Shown in pieces: positions 16,772 through 24,530 of a stretch of DNA of 25,297 nucleotides. The position numbers were made by a program, and so were the translations under genes. The notes under the pieces were generated by a model that had not been told where the DNA came from, did no database searches, and worked only from the letters and a program-made list of their open reading frames with translations. The stretch's first letter is position 1, and the number at the start of each line of letters is the position of its first letter. The DNA comes from an uncultured Bacteriovoracaceae bacterium (GTDB lineage Bacteria; Bdellovibrionota; Bacteriovoracia; Bacteriovoracales; Bacteriovoracaceae), in NCBI GenBank assembly GCA_964012805.1, contig CAXGUD010000050.1, positions 1 through 25,297 on the forward strand, read 5' to 3'.

Positions 16772-18232
16772 TTAATAAAACTCATAATCTTTTTCTTGTT
16801 TCTGACCATCCTTTAAAATCGTGAGGGAAAGATTGTCGATATCTTTTATCTTTCCAAAGAGAGTCAAAATTTCATTGATGTTTTCTATCTTTTTCCCATT
16901 GATTTCAGAAATTATATCTCCATTTGAAATATCTAACTGGCTATAGATACTTCCTGGAACAACATCTGTCATTTTGAACGAAAGGCTTCCATCAGGGTTT
17001 TTTATCTGAATGGCCCTGGCTTGTGTTAAGACATTTTGAATATTTTTGAGAGCATTATCTCTTACGGATTTCTTTATTTTAAAGTTATTTCCGACACTTG
17101 TTATGCCTTTTTTCTTTTTGTTAAGTGCTTTTTTTCCTGCCGATTTTGATAAAACTTTGATTTTTTTCTTTTTAAACTTCTTTTCAAACCTCTTATCTCT
17201 ATTCTCTATGTATTCGCACCGGTTTTTCTTTTTATTCAGGACGATTATTCTTAACCTTTTAATTTTTCCTAATTTTCCAATATTTTTAATCTCAAAACCT
17301 TCTCTAATGCTTTGGATCTTCTTTTTTCCTGGGATACGAACTGTTGCAAGTGATTTTTTGGAGTTTTGAAGAACAATTGTATTTATGAGTTTAATGGGAA
17401 GAGAGCTCTTGACCGTTGCTTCAGAGCAATTGAGAACCTTTTGAATTTTTTTGACTTTCTTTTTCTTGGCAACAACCTCTTTTTTCTTTTTCTTCATTTC
17501 AACATTGAAAAGGTTGTTACTCGATATTGCGTTCAAATTAACTGAAACTTGTTTTTTCCGGACAACGCCACTCGATACTTTTTTGATTTTTGTCGGAAAA
17601 GCTTTTTTTATAATGAGGGCACCCGTCTTACCTAAGGTATAGCAAATTGAAAGAGTAAAAAAGAATTGAAATGATTTATGGAGGAACTTCCTATTTGTCG
17701 GTGAGAAAAATATTTTAGTATAGTTTTTTGATTGAAAAAGAGGAAGAAATTTCCTCAGCTTTTGTCCCATATCTTTTAAACGTAATGAAGGTGCTTTTAT
17801 CCCATGCCTGGGAGCTGGTGCTTCAATAGGTTTTTCAGTCGGTTCTTCATTTTGTGTCTCTTCAACAGGCCCTTCTTCTATCTCTTCTTCTACTTCTTCT
17901 ACCTCTTCTGTTTGTTCACCCTCTTCAATAGGCTCTTTTTCATCTTTTTCATCTATATTACTTGAAGCCGTGACCTCTTCAACTTGAGGCCCTTCCTCAT
18001 CTTCGGAAGGTGGAGGAGGGGGAAAGCTAGGAGCTTGTGGCGCAGTTTCTTCAGATGATAATTTTTTTGATGGAGTTTGATCTTCTTCTTGGTCGTAATC
18101 ATACTCACCGGTATCTTCTTCGTACTCGTCCCCTTCAAACTCTTCTTCTGTTTCTTCATCAACTGGACGCTCTTTCTTTTTTGAAAGCTTATCCTTCAAT
18201 TGACTCCAAAAACTTTTTTTCTTTTTTTCCAT
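16772..18232 (-). CDS. gspC: GspC with C-terminal PDZ domain and a long acidic N-terminal extension
   Basis: Single TM, an HR-like domain (IKLINTIV...SLATV), C-terminal PDZ (FKMTDVVPGSIYSQLDISNGDIISEING). First gene of the cluster. Confidence 0.85.
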   Translation of the reverse strand: MEKKKKSFWSQLKDKLSKKKERPVDEETEEEFEGDEYEEDTGEYDYDQEEDQTPSKKLSSEETAPQAPSFPPPPPSEDEEGPQVEEVTASSNIDEKDEKEPIEEGEQTEEVEEVEEEIEEGPVEETQNEEPTEKPIEAPAPRHGIKAPSLRLKDMGQKLRKFLPLFQSKNYTKIFFSPTNRKFLHKSFQFFFTLSICYTLGKTGALIIKKAFPTKIKKVSSGVVRKKQVSVNLNAISSNNLFNVEMKKKKKEVVAKKKKVKKIQKVLNCSEATVKSSLPIKLINTIVLQNSKKSLATVRIPGKKKIQSIREGFEIKNIGKLGKIKRLRIIVLNKKKNRCEYIENRDKRFEKKFKKKKIKVLSKSAGKKALNKKKKGITSVGNNFKIKKSVRDNALKNIQNVLTQARAIQIKNPDGSLSFKMTDVVPGSIYSQLDISNGDIISEINGKKIENINEILTLFGKIKDIDNLSLTILKDGQKQEKDYEFY

Positions 18233-18390
18233 TACAAGTAACTTTTTTTAAAAAAATATTTTAGCTTTTTATGTCTCATTTTAGTGTAGTTAGTTTTTTT
18301 TTTCACCCTTGAGTCAAAGCGGGATAATTTTCCACTAAGAAAATTTATTTAAAGGAAAAACATGCAATTGTCTTCTTTTTTGAACTTTAC

Positions 18391-18399
18391 TGATAAAAT
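18391..18399 (+). promoter_or_regulatory. Candidate extended -10 (TGATAAAAT) for the acyl-CoA dehydrogenase gene
   Basis: TGn-TAAAAT lies 26 nt before the ATG. GGGGAGG RBS at 18414-18420. Confidence 0.4.
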
Positions 18400-18425
18400 G
18401 AGTTGAACAATTAGGGGAGGAAAAG

Positions 18426-20213
18426 ATGTCTAAAGAGGAAAAAAATTCTGATAGTGGAGAAAAAGTCTTCGATTCAATTGTGGGTGAATTTTTCTTTGGA
18501 AAGGTAGAAGAAAATAATTGTTTTCCATTCCCTCATTTTAGTGAAGAACAAAAAGAATTAGGCAAAGAAATGATAAGTGCCGTTTCTAAATTTGCCACCG
18601 ATAATATTGATTCAGAAAAAATGGATATTGAGTCAGTAATTCCTAAAGAGGTCCTTCAAGGATTAGCGGAACTCGGGCTTTTTGGCCTAGGAGTTCCAGA
18701 GGAAGCTGGCGGTCTGAACCTTGACCATACTCTTTACGCTCGAGTTTTTCAGGAAGTCTGTAGCTTTGATGGAGCCGTTGCAACGACTTTGGGGGCCCAT
18801 CAATCGATTGGTTTTAAGGCCCTTTTAAATGAAGGAAATCAAGAGCAAAAAGACAAATGGCTTCCTCGTCTTGCAACGGGTGAAGTTATGGCCGCTTTTT
18901 GTTTAACAGAGCCAGGGAGTGGTTCTGATGCTTACTCAATTAAGACGAAAGCTGTTGATAATGGTGATGGGACATACACGATAAATGGACAAAAGTTATG
19001 GATAACCAATGGAGGTATGGCCGGTTTTTACTCAGTTTTTTGTAAAACTGACCATGAGGTTAATGGTGAAAAACATGAAAAAATATCGTGTTTTATTGTT
19101 GAGAAGGACATGGAAGGCGTAAGTTTTGGGGAAAAAGAAGATAAAATGGGAATTCGCGCCAGTGAAACGAGGGCCGTTTACTTTGATAATGTGGTTGTTC
19201 CTAAAGAAAATGTGATTGGAGAATTGGGTAAAGGTTTCAAAATCGCTATGAATGTTTTAAACAGCGGCCGCTTATCTTTAGGGTCAGGCTGTGTTGGCGG
19301 AATGAAAAGTATTTTAAAAATGGCGACCGACCATGCTCATAATAGAAAGCAGTTTAATAAGAGGTTGACTGAGTTTGGACTTATTCAGGAAAAACTTACG
19401 ATGATGTCCGCTTATTGTTATGCTGCTGAGTCGATGGTTTATATGACCACGGGGTCTATGGTAAAAGGGATGAATGACTACCAGTTAGAAAGCGCTATCT
19501 GTAAAGTGTTTTCGTCTGAGGCCTTATGGAAAGTAGTCGATCAGGGTCTTCAAATAGCGGCAGGTTGCGGCTATATGAAAGAATACCCCTACGAAAGGTT
19601 AATGAGAGATGCTCGGATAAATTTAATCTTCGAGGGGACCAATGAAATCCTGAGGTGTTTTATCGCCCTTGCTGGCATTCGTGGGCCAAGTGAAAACCTC
19701 GCAAAACTTGGGAAAATTGCAGATGTGAGCAAGGCGCTTCAGGATCCAGTCAAGTCCCTCGGTGTCCTCGTTAACTTTTCAACAGATAGAATTTCAAAAC
19801 TCTTAGGGGGAACTAACCTCACAAAAGTGCACCCAAGGCTTAATGATTTTTCAAATCACTTTTCTGAAATGCTAAGTGAGTTTGCTCTTCAAGTCGACAG
19901 AACGCTTCTTAAGTACAAAAAGAGTATTGTTGATTTTGAATCGCCCCAAGGGCGGCTTGCCAATATGGTCATCGAAATTTATCTGAACTTGTCTGTTCTT
20001 TCTAGAAGCACTTCTATTTTAGAAAATGAATCCATCGATGAAGAGATGAAAGATTATATTTACAACCTAACGGTCTATATTTGTAATGAATCACGATACC
20101 GTTTTATTTCCGAGCTTAAAGGAATGACTAAAAATCTTGATGAGCAAGTCCAAAAGGTATCTGATCAAGTTTGTAAAATGGGTGGTTACGGGCTTGATAT
20201 TGCCGATTACTAA
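18426..20213 (+). CDS. Acyl-CoA dehydrogenase, VLCAD/ACAD9-like long form
   Basis: AHQSIG, AAFCLTEPGSGSDA, INGQKLWITNG, KMGIRASET, GFKIAMNVLNSGR, RKQF, RINLIFEGTNEILR (catalytic Glu), plus an extra C-terminal helical domain. 595 aa. Confidence 0.95.
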   Translation: MSKEEKNSDSGEKVFDSIVGEFFFGKVEENNCFPFPHFSEEQKELGKEMISAVSKFATDNIDSEKMDIESVIPKEVLQGLAELGLFGLGVPEEAGGLNLDHTLYARVFQEVCSFDGAVATTLGAHQSIGFKALLNEGNQEQKDKWLPRLATGEVMAAFCLTEPGSGSDAYSIKTKAVDNGDGTYTINGQKLWITNGGMAGFYSVFCKTDHEVNGEKHEKISCFIVEKDMEGVSFGEKEDKMGIRASETRAVYFDNVVVPKENVIGELGKGFKIAMNVLNSGRLSLGSGCVGGMKSILKMATDHAHNRKQFNKRLTEFGLIQEKLTMMSAYCYAAESMVYMTTGSMVKGMNDYQLESAICKVFSSEALWKVVDQGLQIAAGCGYMKEYPYERLMRDARINLIFEGTNEILRCFIALAGIRGPSENLAKLGKIADVSKALQDPVKSLGVLVNFSTDRISKLLGGTNLTKVHPRLNDFSNHFSEMLSEFALQVDRTLLKYKKSIVDFESPQGRLANMVIEIYLNLSVLSRSTSILENESIDEEMKDYIYNLTVYICNESRYRFISELKGMTKNLDEQVQKVSDQVCKMGGYGLDIADY

Positions 20214-20599
20214 GGTTTTGGTAGGTCTGTTGGAATTTTATTTGTGTCTTTTCTCCAAAACTTTCCGTGGTAGTCTTCCTGCTTATGATTTGTGACTATG
20301 AACCCTTCAAGATCTTTTTCAAAGTCTTGAACAAAGTCAACGGTCACCTCTAAAAGATAGAAGGCAGAAAAAGGATCCATAATAAGACAGTGTCCTTCTC
20401 CTATTTCTGGGCAGGGGATAGAAATATCGTTTTCAATCGGCTTTTGAAAACCTATGGAGTAGGTAAAGCCATCACACTCTTTACCTGAGATATGGATTCT
20501 CAATGACTGCCCTTCTAGGGTAAAGTCATTTTCGAGAATTAGCTTTATTTGTGCAACAGCTCGCTCAGTTAGATGAATGTTGGGCATCGCAGTCGTCAT
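20210..20599 (-). CDS. HesB/IscA-like (A-type Fe-S carrier fold) protein, degenerate
   Basis: IHLTERAVAQIK, LRIHISGKECDGFTYSIGF, MDPFSAFYL..VTVDFVQD...EGFIVTN. Start reassigned to ATG 20599 after AGGAGG. Confidence 0.8.
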   Translation of the reverse strand: MTTAMPNIHLTERAVAQIKLILENDFTLEGQSLRIHISGKECDGFTYSIGFQKPIENDISIPCPEIGEGHCLIMDPFSAFYLLEVTVDFVQDFEKDLEGFIVTNHKQEDYHGKFWRKDTNKIPTDLPKP

Positions 20600-20809
20600 G
20601 GACGTTTTGCCTCCTGTATAAAAACGCCTAGTCTTGGTTCTATTAGCGCGAGAAGTTAATAATGGCAAGTTGAGGGGCCTTTAAAACACTTTTTTGACTG
20701 ATAGCGAGATTTATTCATTGTCAAAAGGATGTTATTTTGGGAATGTTCTCCTTTTGTATGATTTAAAGCAATTTGAAAGACTATTAACACTATAAGAAGG
20801 GGTTTTGAT

Positions 20810-20974
20810 ATGCTTCCAGAGGAAGTTCAGGAACTTTTGGCCAAGCTCCTACTTTTTATTTTCTCTATTTTTATTCTCTGTTTTGGAAAGGCCAAAGCCG
20901 ACGAGATCTCTTCCTACAAGAACTTAGAAAACTTAAACTCTTTGGGCCAAAATACCTATATTACGAGGCGATAA
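20810..20974 (+). CDS. Small ORF, 54 aa, with a signal-peptide-like segment (not in the ORF track)
   Basis: Translated by hand: MLPEEVQELLAKLLLFIFSIFILCFGKAKADEISSYKNLENLNSLGQNTYITRR*. AAGAAGGGG lies upstream of the ATG. Confidence 0.45.
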   Translation: MLPEEVQELLAKLLLFIFSIFILCFGKAKADEISSYKNLENLNSLGQNTYITRR

Positions 20975-22180
20975 GTTAGAGTTGAAGTACTCTGCCATTT
21001 CAACCTGAAACCCTTTTTCTTCTAAATAAAGGCATCTGTCTGTTAAAAGAGCATGCTCAACAGCTTTGCCAAATTGCCATCTAATAATATTGGCCAAAAA
21101 CATCCGCCTTATTTTTTTCTGAATGTCTGGCCTTTGATGAAAATTTTGGAGGTCCCGGTCTGAGTAAGCTGAACTTTTTAAACCTAGTTCACTAAGCTTT
21201 ACATTGGCATAAGTTGTAAAGGGTTCCCAGTACTTTTTGACAGGGTATTCTCCTACGCCCACAAACTCTTTAATGTTTAGTTCATAGTAAAGAAATAAGT
21301 GAAGCCCGTAGCGGTAATTTTTAACTCTCTCCTTTAAAAGAAAGTCTTCAAAAGAAATTTCCTGATGAGACCTTGTTGCCAAGGTAAGGGCGTGAGTTGT
21401 GTAAGAGAGAGGTTCTGTTTCTCGGTCAAATTTTGAGATGTGAACGTCTTTTTTAGGGTCGCATTTAAGGTAGCAACAGCCAAAATTAAAAATCCCCTGG
21501 GCCTTTAGTTTAGCAGATGTTTTAATTAAGTGATTGGCAAGAGGGCCACATGTATGGAGTCCGAGGCAAAAGGATTGATCGTGGAAGGCCTTTTGTATGT
21601 CCTCATTTTGAAAAGAATCTTCCTTCATCTCGTGGTTTAAAAATGTAATATGGGGGTGGTTTCTCTTTATACCTGTCTCTTGAAATTCTTTGTTTAAATC
21701 AATCGATGTAATTTTCTTATCCATTGAGCTGGAAATGACTCTAGAGAGGTGTCCTACACCGCCACCGATATCAATAAAATGGGTGAGGTTTTTTAAAGAT
21801 TCACTCCTCTTAAGGTTTTCCTTCAGAGTATGGTGGATTTGGATGATTTCGTGCTTTTTCTTCTTTTTAATTTTGATAAAGTCTTTTGGCCTTAAAGGGG
21901 TTTGATCATCCTGGACCGCTTTGAAATCCAACCGAGAAGTGACTTCAACGAGCTTTTGGCAAAGTTCCGGCAGGCCATTTTTAGGGAGCTTTGAATAATC
22001 TTTTTTATTATCAAAGGCCCAAAGGTCTTCTTTTGAGAGCTGATCAAGAGAGTCAAGCCACTCCTTCGGATAATGGCCTAAGGTGTGAGGGTAAAAATTT
22101 AGGATTTCCTCGCTCCAATAAGGAGTGTTAGGCCTAAGAAGATCTTTTAATTGTGTTAAATGCTCTTTAAAATTCATCAT
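20933..22180 (-). CDS. SAM-dependent methyltransferase, Methyltransf_32 / METTL25-RRNAD1-like
   Basis: KKKHEI, IDIGGGVGHLSR, GLHTCGPLA, GCCY and C-terminal LSPRN match the family motif series. Confidence 0.85.
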   Translation of the reverse strand: MMNFKEHLTQLKDLLRPNTPYWSEEILNFYPHTLGHYPKEWLDSLDQLSKEDLWAFDNKKDYSKLPKNGLPELCQKLVEVTSRLDFKAVQDDQTPLRPKDFIKIKKKKKHEIIQIHHTLKENLKRSESLKNLTHFIDIGGGVGHLSRVISSSMDKKITSIDLNKEFQETGIKRNHPHITFLNHEMKEDSFQNEDIQKAFHDQSFCLGLHTCGPLANHLIKTSAKLKAQGIFNFGCCYLKCDPKKDVHISKFDRETEPLSYTTHALTLATRSHQEISFEDFLLKERVKNYRYGLHLFLYYELNIKEFVGVGEYPVKKYWEPFTTYANVKLSELGLKSSAYSDRDLQNFHQRPDIQKKIRRMFLANIIRWQFGKAVEHALLTDRCLYLEEKGFQVEMAEYFNSNLSPRNIGILAQRV

Positions 22181-22242
22181 TTCTAGATAATGGTTTAAAA
22201 AGAAGGTATACCCCCATAATATAGCGAGGGAAAGGAAAAAAA

Positions 22243-23661
22243 ATGCAAAGCAAAAAACCAGTGAGAAAACCGCTTATATCTGGCAAAAAGGTCGATTTTA
22301 AAGACCTTAAGGTCGGTGTTTTGGGAGTTGGTGTTTCCGGCAAATCAGCTGTCCGTCTTTTGCTGTCATGCGGCTCAAAGGTTTTTGTTGTCAATCAAGG
22401 CCCCGTTTCCTCTTGGGAAGGGCAGCTTCCTCCAAATCAAGGGTTGGGAATGGTTCTTCTTTCGCAAGAAGACACCCAAACGCCCGCAGCTCTTGAGAAC
22501 CTAGACCTCATTATTTTAAGTCCAGGAATTCCTCGCGAACACGACCTTCTTAAAGTGCCCCTAGAAAAGGGAACTCCCGTTTGGTCAGAAATTGAATTGG
22601 GTTACCATTTTTGTGACCTCCCGATTGCCTCTGTGACCGGAACAAATGGAAAAACAACCACGGTCACCTTTATTGGTGAAATGTTAAAGGCCTCTGGCAA
22701 AAGACCTTTCGTCGGTGGGAATATTGGGAAGGCCTTTTGCGACCTTCCTTTTGAAAGAGAAAAGGAAGAGTACGATTCAGTTGTCCTCGAACTTTCAAGT
22801 TTTCAACTTGAATCTATTTCGAGCTTTACTTCAGATATTTCGGCCCTTTTGAATGTTTTCCCAAACCATGGTGAGAGGTACGACTCTTTTGAGAGCTATG
22901 GTTTAAGTAAGCTAAATATTTTAAAAGGTGGAACTAAAGACCAGTCCTTTTATTGTATGGAGAACCTTCCTTCACCTTTTGTAGATGTCGTTAAGTCCTC
23001 ACCAATGAACGTAAACTTTGTTTCCTTCTTGGAAGGGAGGACTCCACCAAAAGATGTATTACAGAGGGATGAGCTTTTAAGGTCATTGGGCCTAAATCTT
23101 TCCTCTTTTAAATTGCCGGGCGTTCACAATTTGCAAAACCTTCTTTTTGCTTCCCATATAGCGTTTAAAATGGGGGCCACCAAAGAAGGGCTTCAAAAGG
23201 CCATTGATCACTTTTTAGGAGTCGATTACCGCCTTCAATACGTTCCCTCACCGCTTAAACTCTCTTGTTTTAACGATGCAAAAAGTACTAACTGGGATGC
23301 AACCTTTACAGCTTTAAGGGCCCTTCATGATAAAAACGATGCTTCCCTTTACCTCATCTTAGGAGGAGCTAAAAGAGGTCGAGGAGACTCCGTCCCTCAT
23401 GAACTCTTAGATTTCAAAGAGGCCATCCGGACTATCTTTCTTATTGGTGAAACAACAGCTTCCATGGCAGAAGAACTTGAAGGTTTAGGGCTACCGTTTA
23501 AGGAGTGCTACACTTTGGAGTCTGTTAAAAACATTGTTTCAAGCTTTGAAGAAGATCAATTGGGGCACCTCCTTTTTTCTCCTGCGTTTCCATCATTTGA
23601 TCAATATGAAAACTACAAGGTTAGGGGGAAGCACTTTAGAGAGCTTTTTGGAAACTCCTAA
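22243..23661 (+). CDS. murD: UDP-N-acetylmuramoyl-L-alanine:D-glutamate ligase
   Basis: LGVGVSGKSA, SPGIP, SEIEL, VTGTNGKTTT, GGNIG, ELSSFQL, GVHNLQN, NDAKSTN, SPAFPSFDQYENYKVRG. Confidence 0.92.
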   Translation: MQSKKPVRKPLISGKKVDFKDLKVGVLGVGVSGKSAVRLLLSCGSKVFVVNQGPVSSWEGQLPPNQGLGMVLLSQEDTQTPAALENLDLIILSPGIPREHDLLKVPLEKGTPVWSEIELGYHFCDLPIASVTGTNGKTTTVTFIGEMLKASGKRPFVGGNIGKAFCDLPFEREKEEYDSVVLELSSFQLESISSFTSDISALLNVFPNHGERYDSFESYGLSKLNILKGGTKDQSFYCMENLPSPFVDVVKSSPMNVNFVSFLEGRTPPKDVLQRDELLRSLGLNLSSFKLPGVHNLQNLLFASHIAFKMGATKEGLQKAIDHFLGVDYRLQYVPSPLKLSCFNDAKSTNWDATFTALRALHDKNDASLYLILGGAKRGRGDSVPHELLDFKEAIRTIFLIGETTASMAEELEGLGLPFKECYTLESVKNIVSSFEEDQLGHLLFSPAFPSFDQYENYKVRGKHFRELFGNS

Positions 23662-24527
23662 AAAAACCTTCTTCGGCCATACCTCAAAATAAAACCTAAA
23701 AAGACAATGGAGAAGAAGCTTAAAAGGAAAAAACTTGTATTGTTTGGGCCTGAGTTTGACTCTGAAGAGTCTGAATCATTTGGTGATTTGAGACTAACGG
23801 TTCCACAATTTAGGTTCAAGGGCTGAGAAGATGGGTAAAGGTAGGAAATTCCATCCAAGTCATCCCACCCCAAGTGGTCACGTTTTCCGATATTACTATA
23901 ATACATAAGGGAATCTTCAACAGGGCTGTGGCCAAGCCCAAGTGCGTGACCAATTTCATGGCCTATAACATTGATTTTCTCATTATCCGTTAAATTATGA
24001 AAGCCATCATGCCTTCCGTTGATTAAGATCAGAGAACCTTTGATAGCGACTCCGTCATAGTTGTTAGGGATTGTAACACCAAGGATACCAACGTTACTGT
24101 CTCCAAAATTATTCTTATGGCAATTACAAGAAATTAAAATATCTGAGCTTACTTTAAGTGCGGTATTGGGTGTACAAGTTCCTGAAGCATAAGATTCGTT
24201 ACAAAGCTGTCCTCTTCTAAATGTGTTTCCCTTAGATACGAGAGAGCCCCTGACCAGATTGAGCCTTGTTGTGGGGATTCGGTTCCAAAACCTATTAATC
24301 GCCCTTTCGGTTAGGTCTAATAACTTTTGAGGCGTGATAAAGTCTGAATTACAAGCATAATTGGAGTCGCCGCTGTCAGCTCCAGCGCAATCTGTGTCGT
24401 TGACGTTAACTGTGATTTCATCTTTGTCAAACGCAGCAGCGGCATTGTTGTTAAATGTGAAGGAATGCCCAAGTGCTATGTGAAAAACGAAAAAAAATAA
24501 GAAGGAGAATGCTTTTAATTTAAACAT
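23658..24527 (-). CDS. Secreted matrixin (M10-like metzincin) zinc metalloprotease with a C-terminal TM tail
   Basis: N-terminal signal peptide, HEIGHALGLGH, Met-turn SLMYY, DDLDGISYLYP, then a hydrophobic helix and RYGRRRFF. Confidence 0.9.
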   Translation of the reverse strand: MFKLKAFSFLFFFVFHIALGHSFTFNNNAAAAFDKDEITVNVNDTDCAGADSGDSNYACNSDFITPQKLLDLTERAINRFWNRIPTTRLNLVRGSLVSKGNTFRRGQLCNESYASGTCTPNTALKVSSDILISCNCHKNNFGDSNVGILGVTIPNNYDGVAIKGSLILINGRHDGFHNLTDNEKINVIGHEIGHALGLGHSPVEDSLMYYSNIGKRDHLGWDDLDGISYLYPSSQPLNLNCGTVSLKSPNDSDSSESNSGPNNTSFFLLSFFSIVFLGFILRYGRRRFF

Positions 24528-24530
24528 TAT

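Noticed and set aside
3852..18232. Cluster as a type IVa pilus or Tad locus
   Set aside because: Gene order C-D-E-F-G-H-I-J-K-L-M-N, a PDZ-bearing GspC, the GspG signature motifs, GspK and the absence of PilT all indicate a T2SS.
3606..18264. Many 60-111 aa antisense or alternate-frame ORFs within the gsp and ispA genes
   Set aside because: They are shadows of long conserved genes, with no recognisable motifs. Their Phe/Leu/Ser richness mirrors the Lys/Glu codons on the coding strand.
20600..20668. N-terminal extension of the HesB-like ORF given in the track
   Set aside because: A strong AGGAGG precedes ATG 20599, and the family fold begins just after that Met.
22243..23661. Apparent higher GC around murD than in the topoisomerase region as evidence of horizontal transfer
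   Set aside because: Judged by eye only and explainable by the Lys-rich composition of the left-hand genes. No boundary repeats or mobility genes are present.
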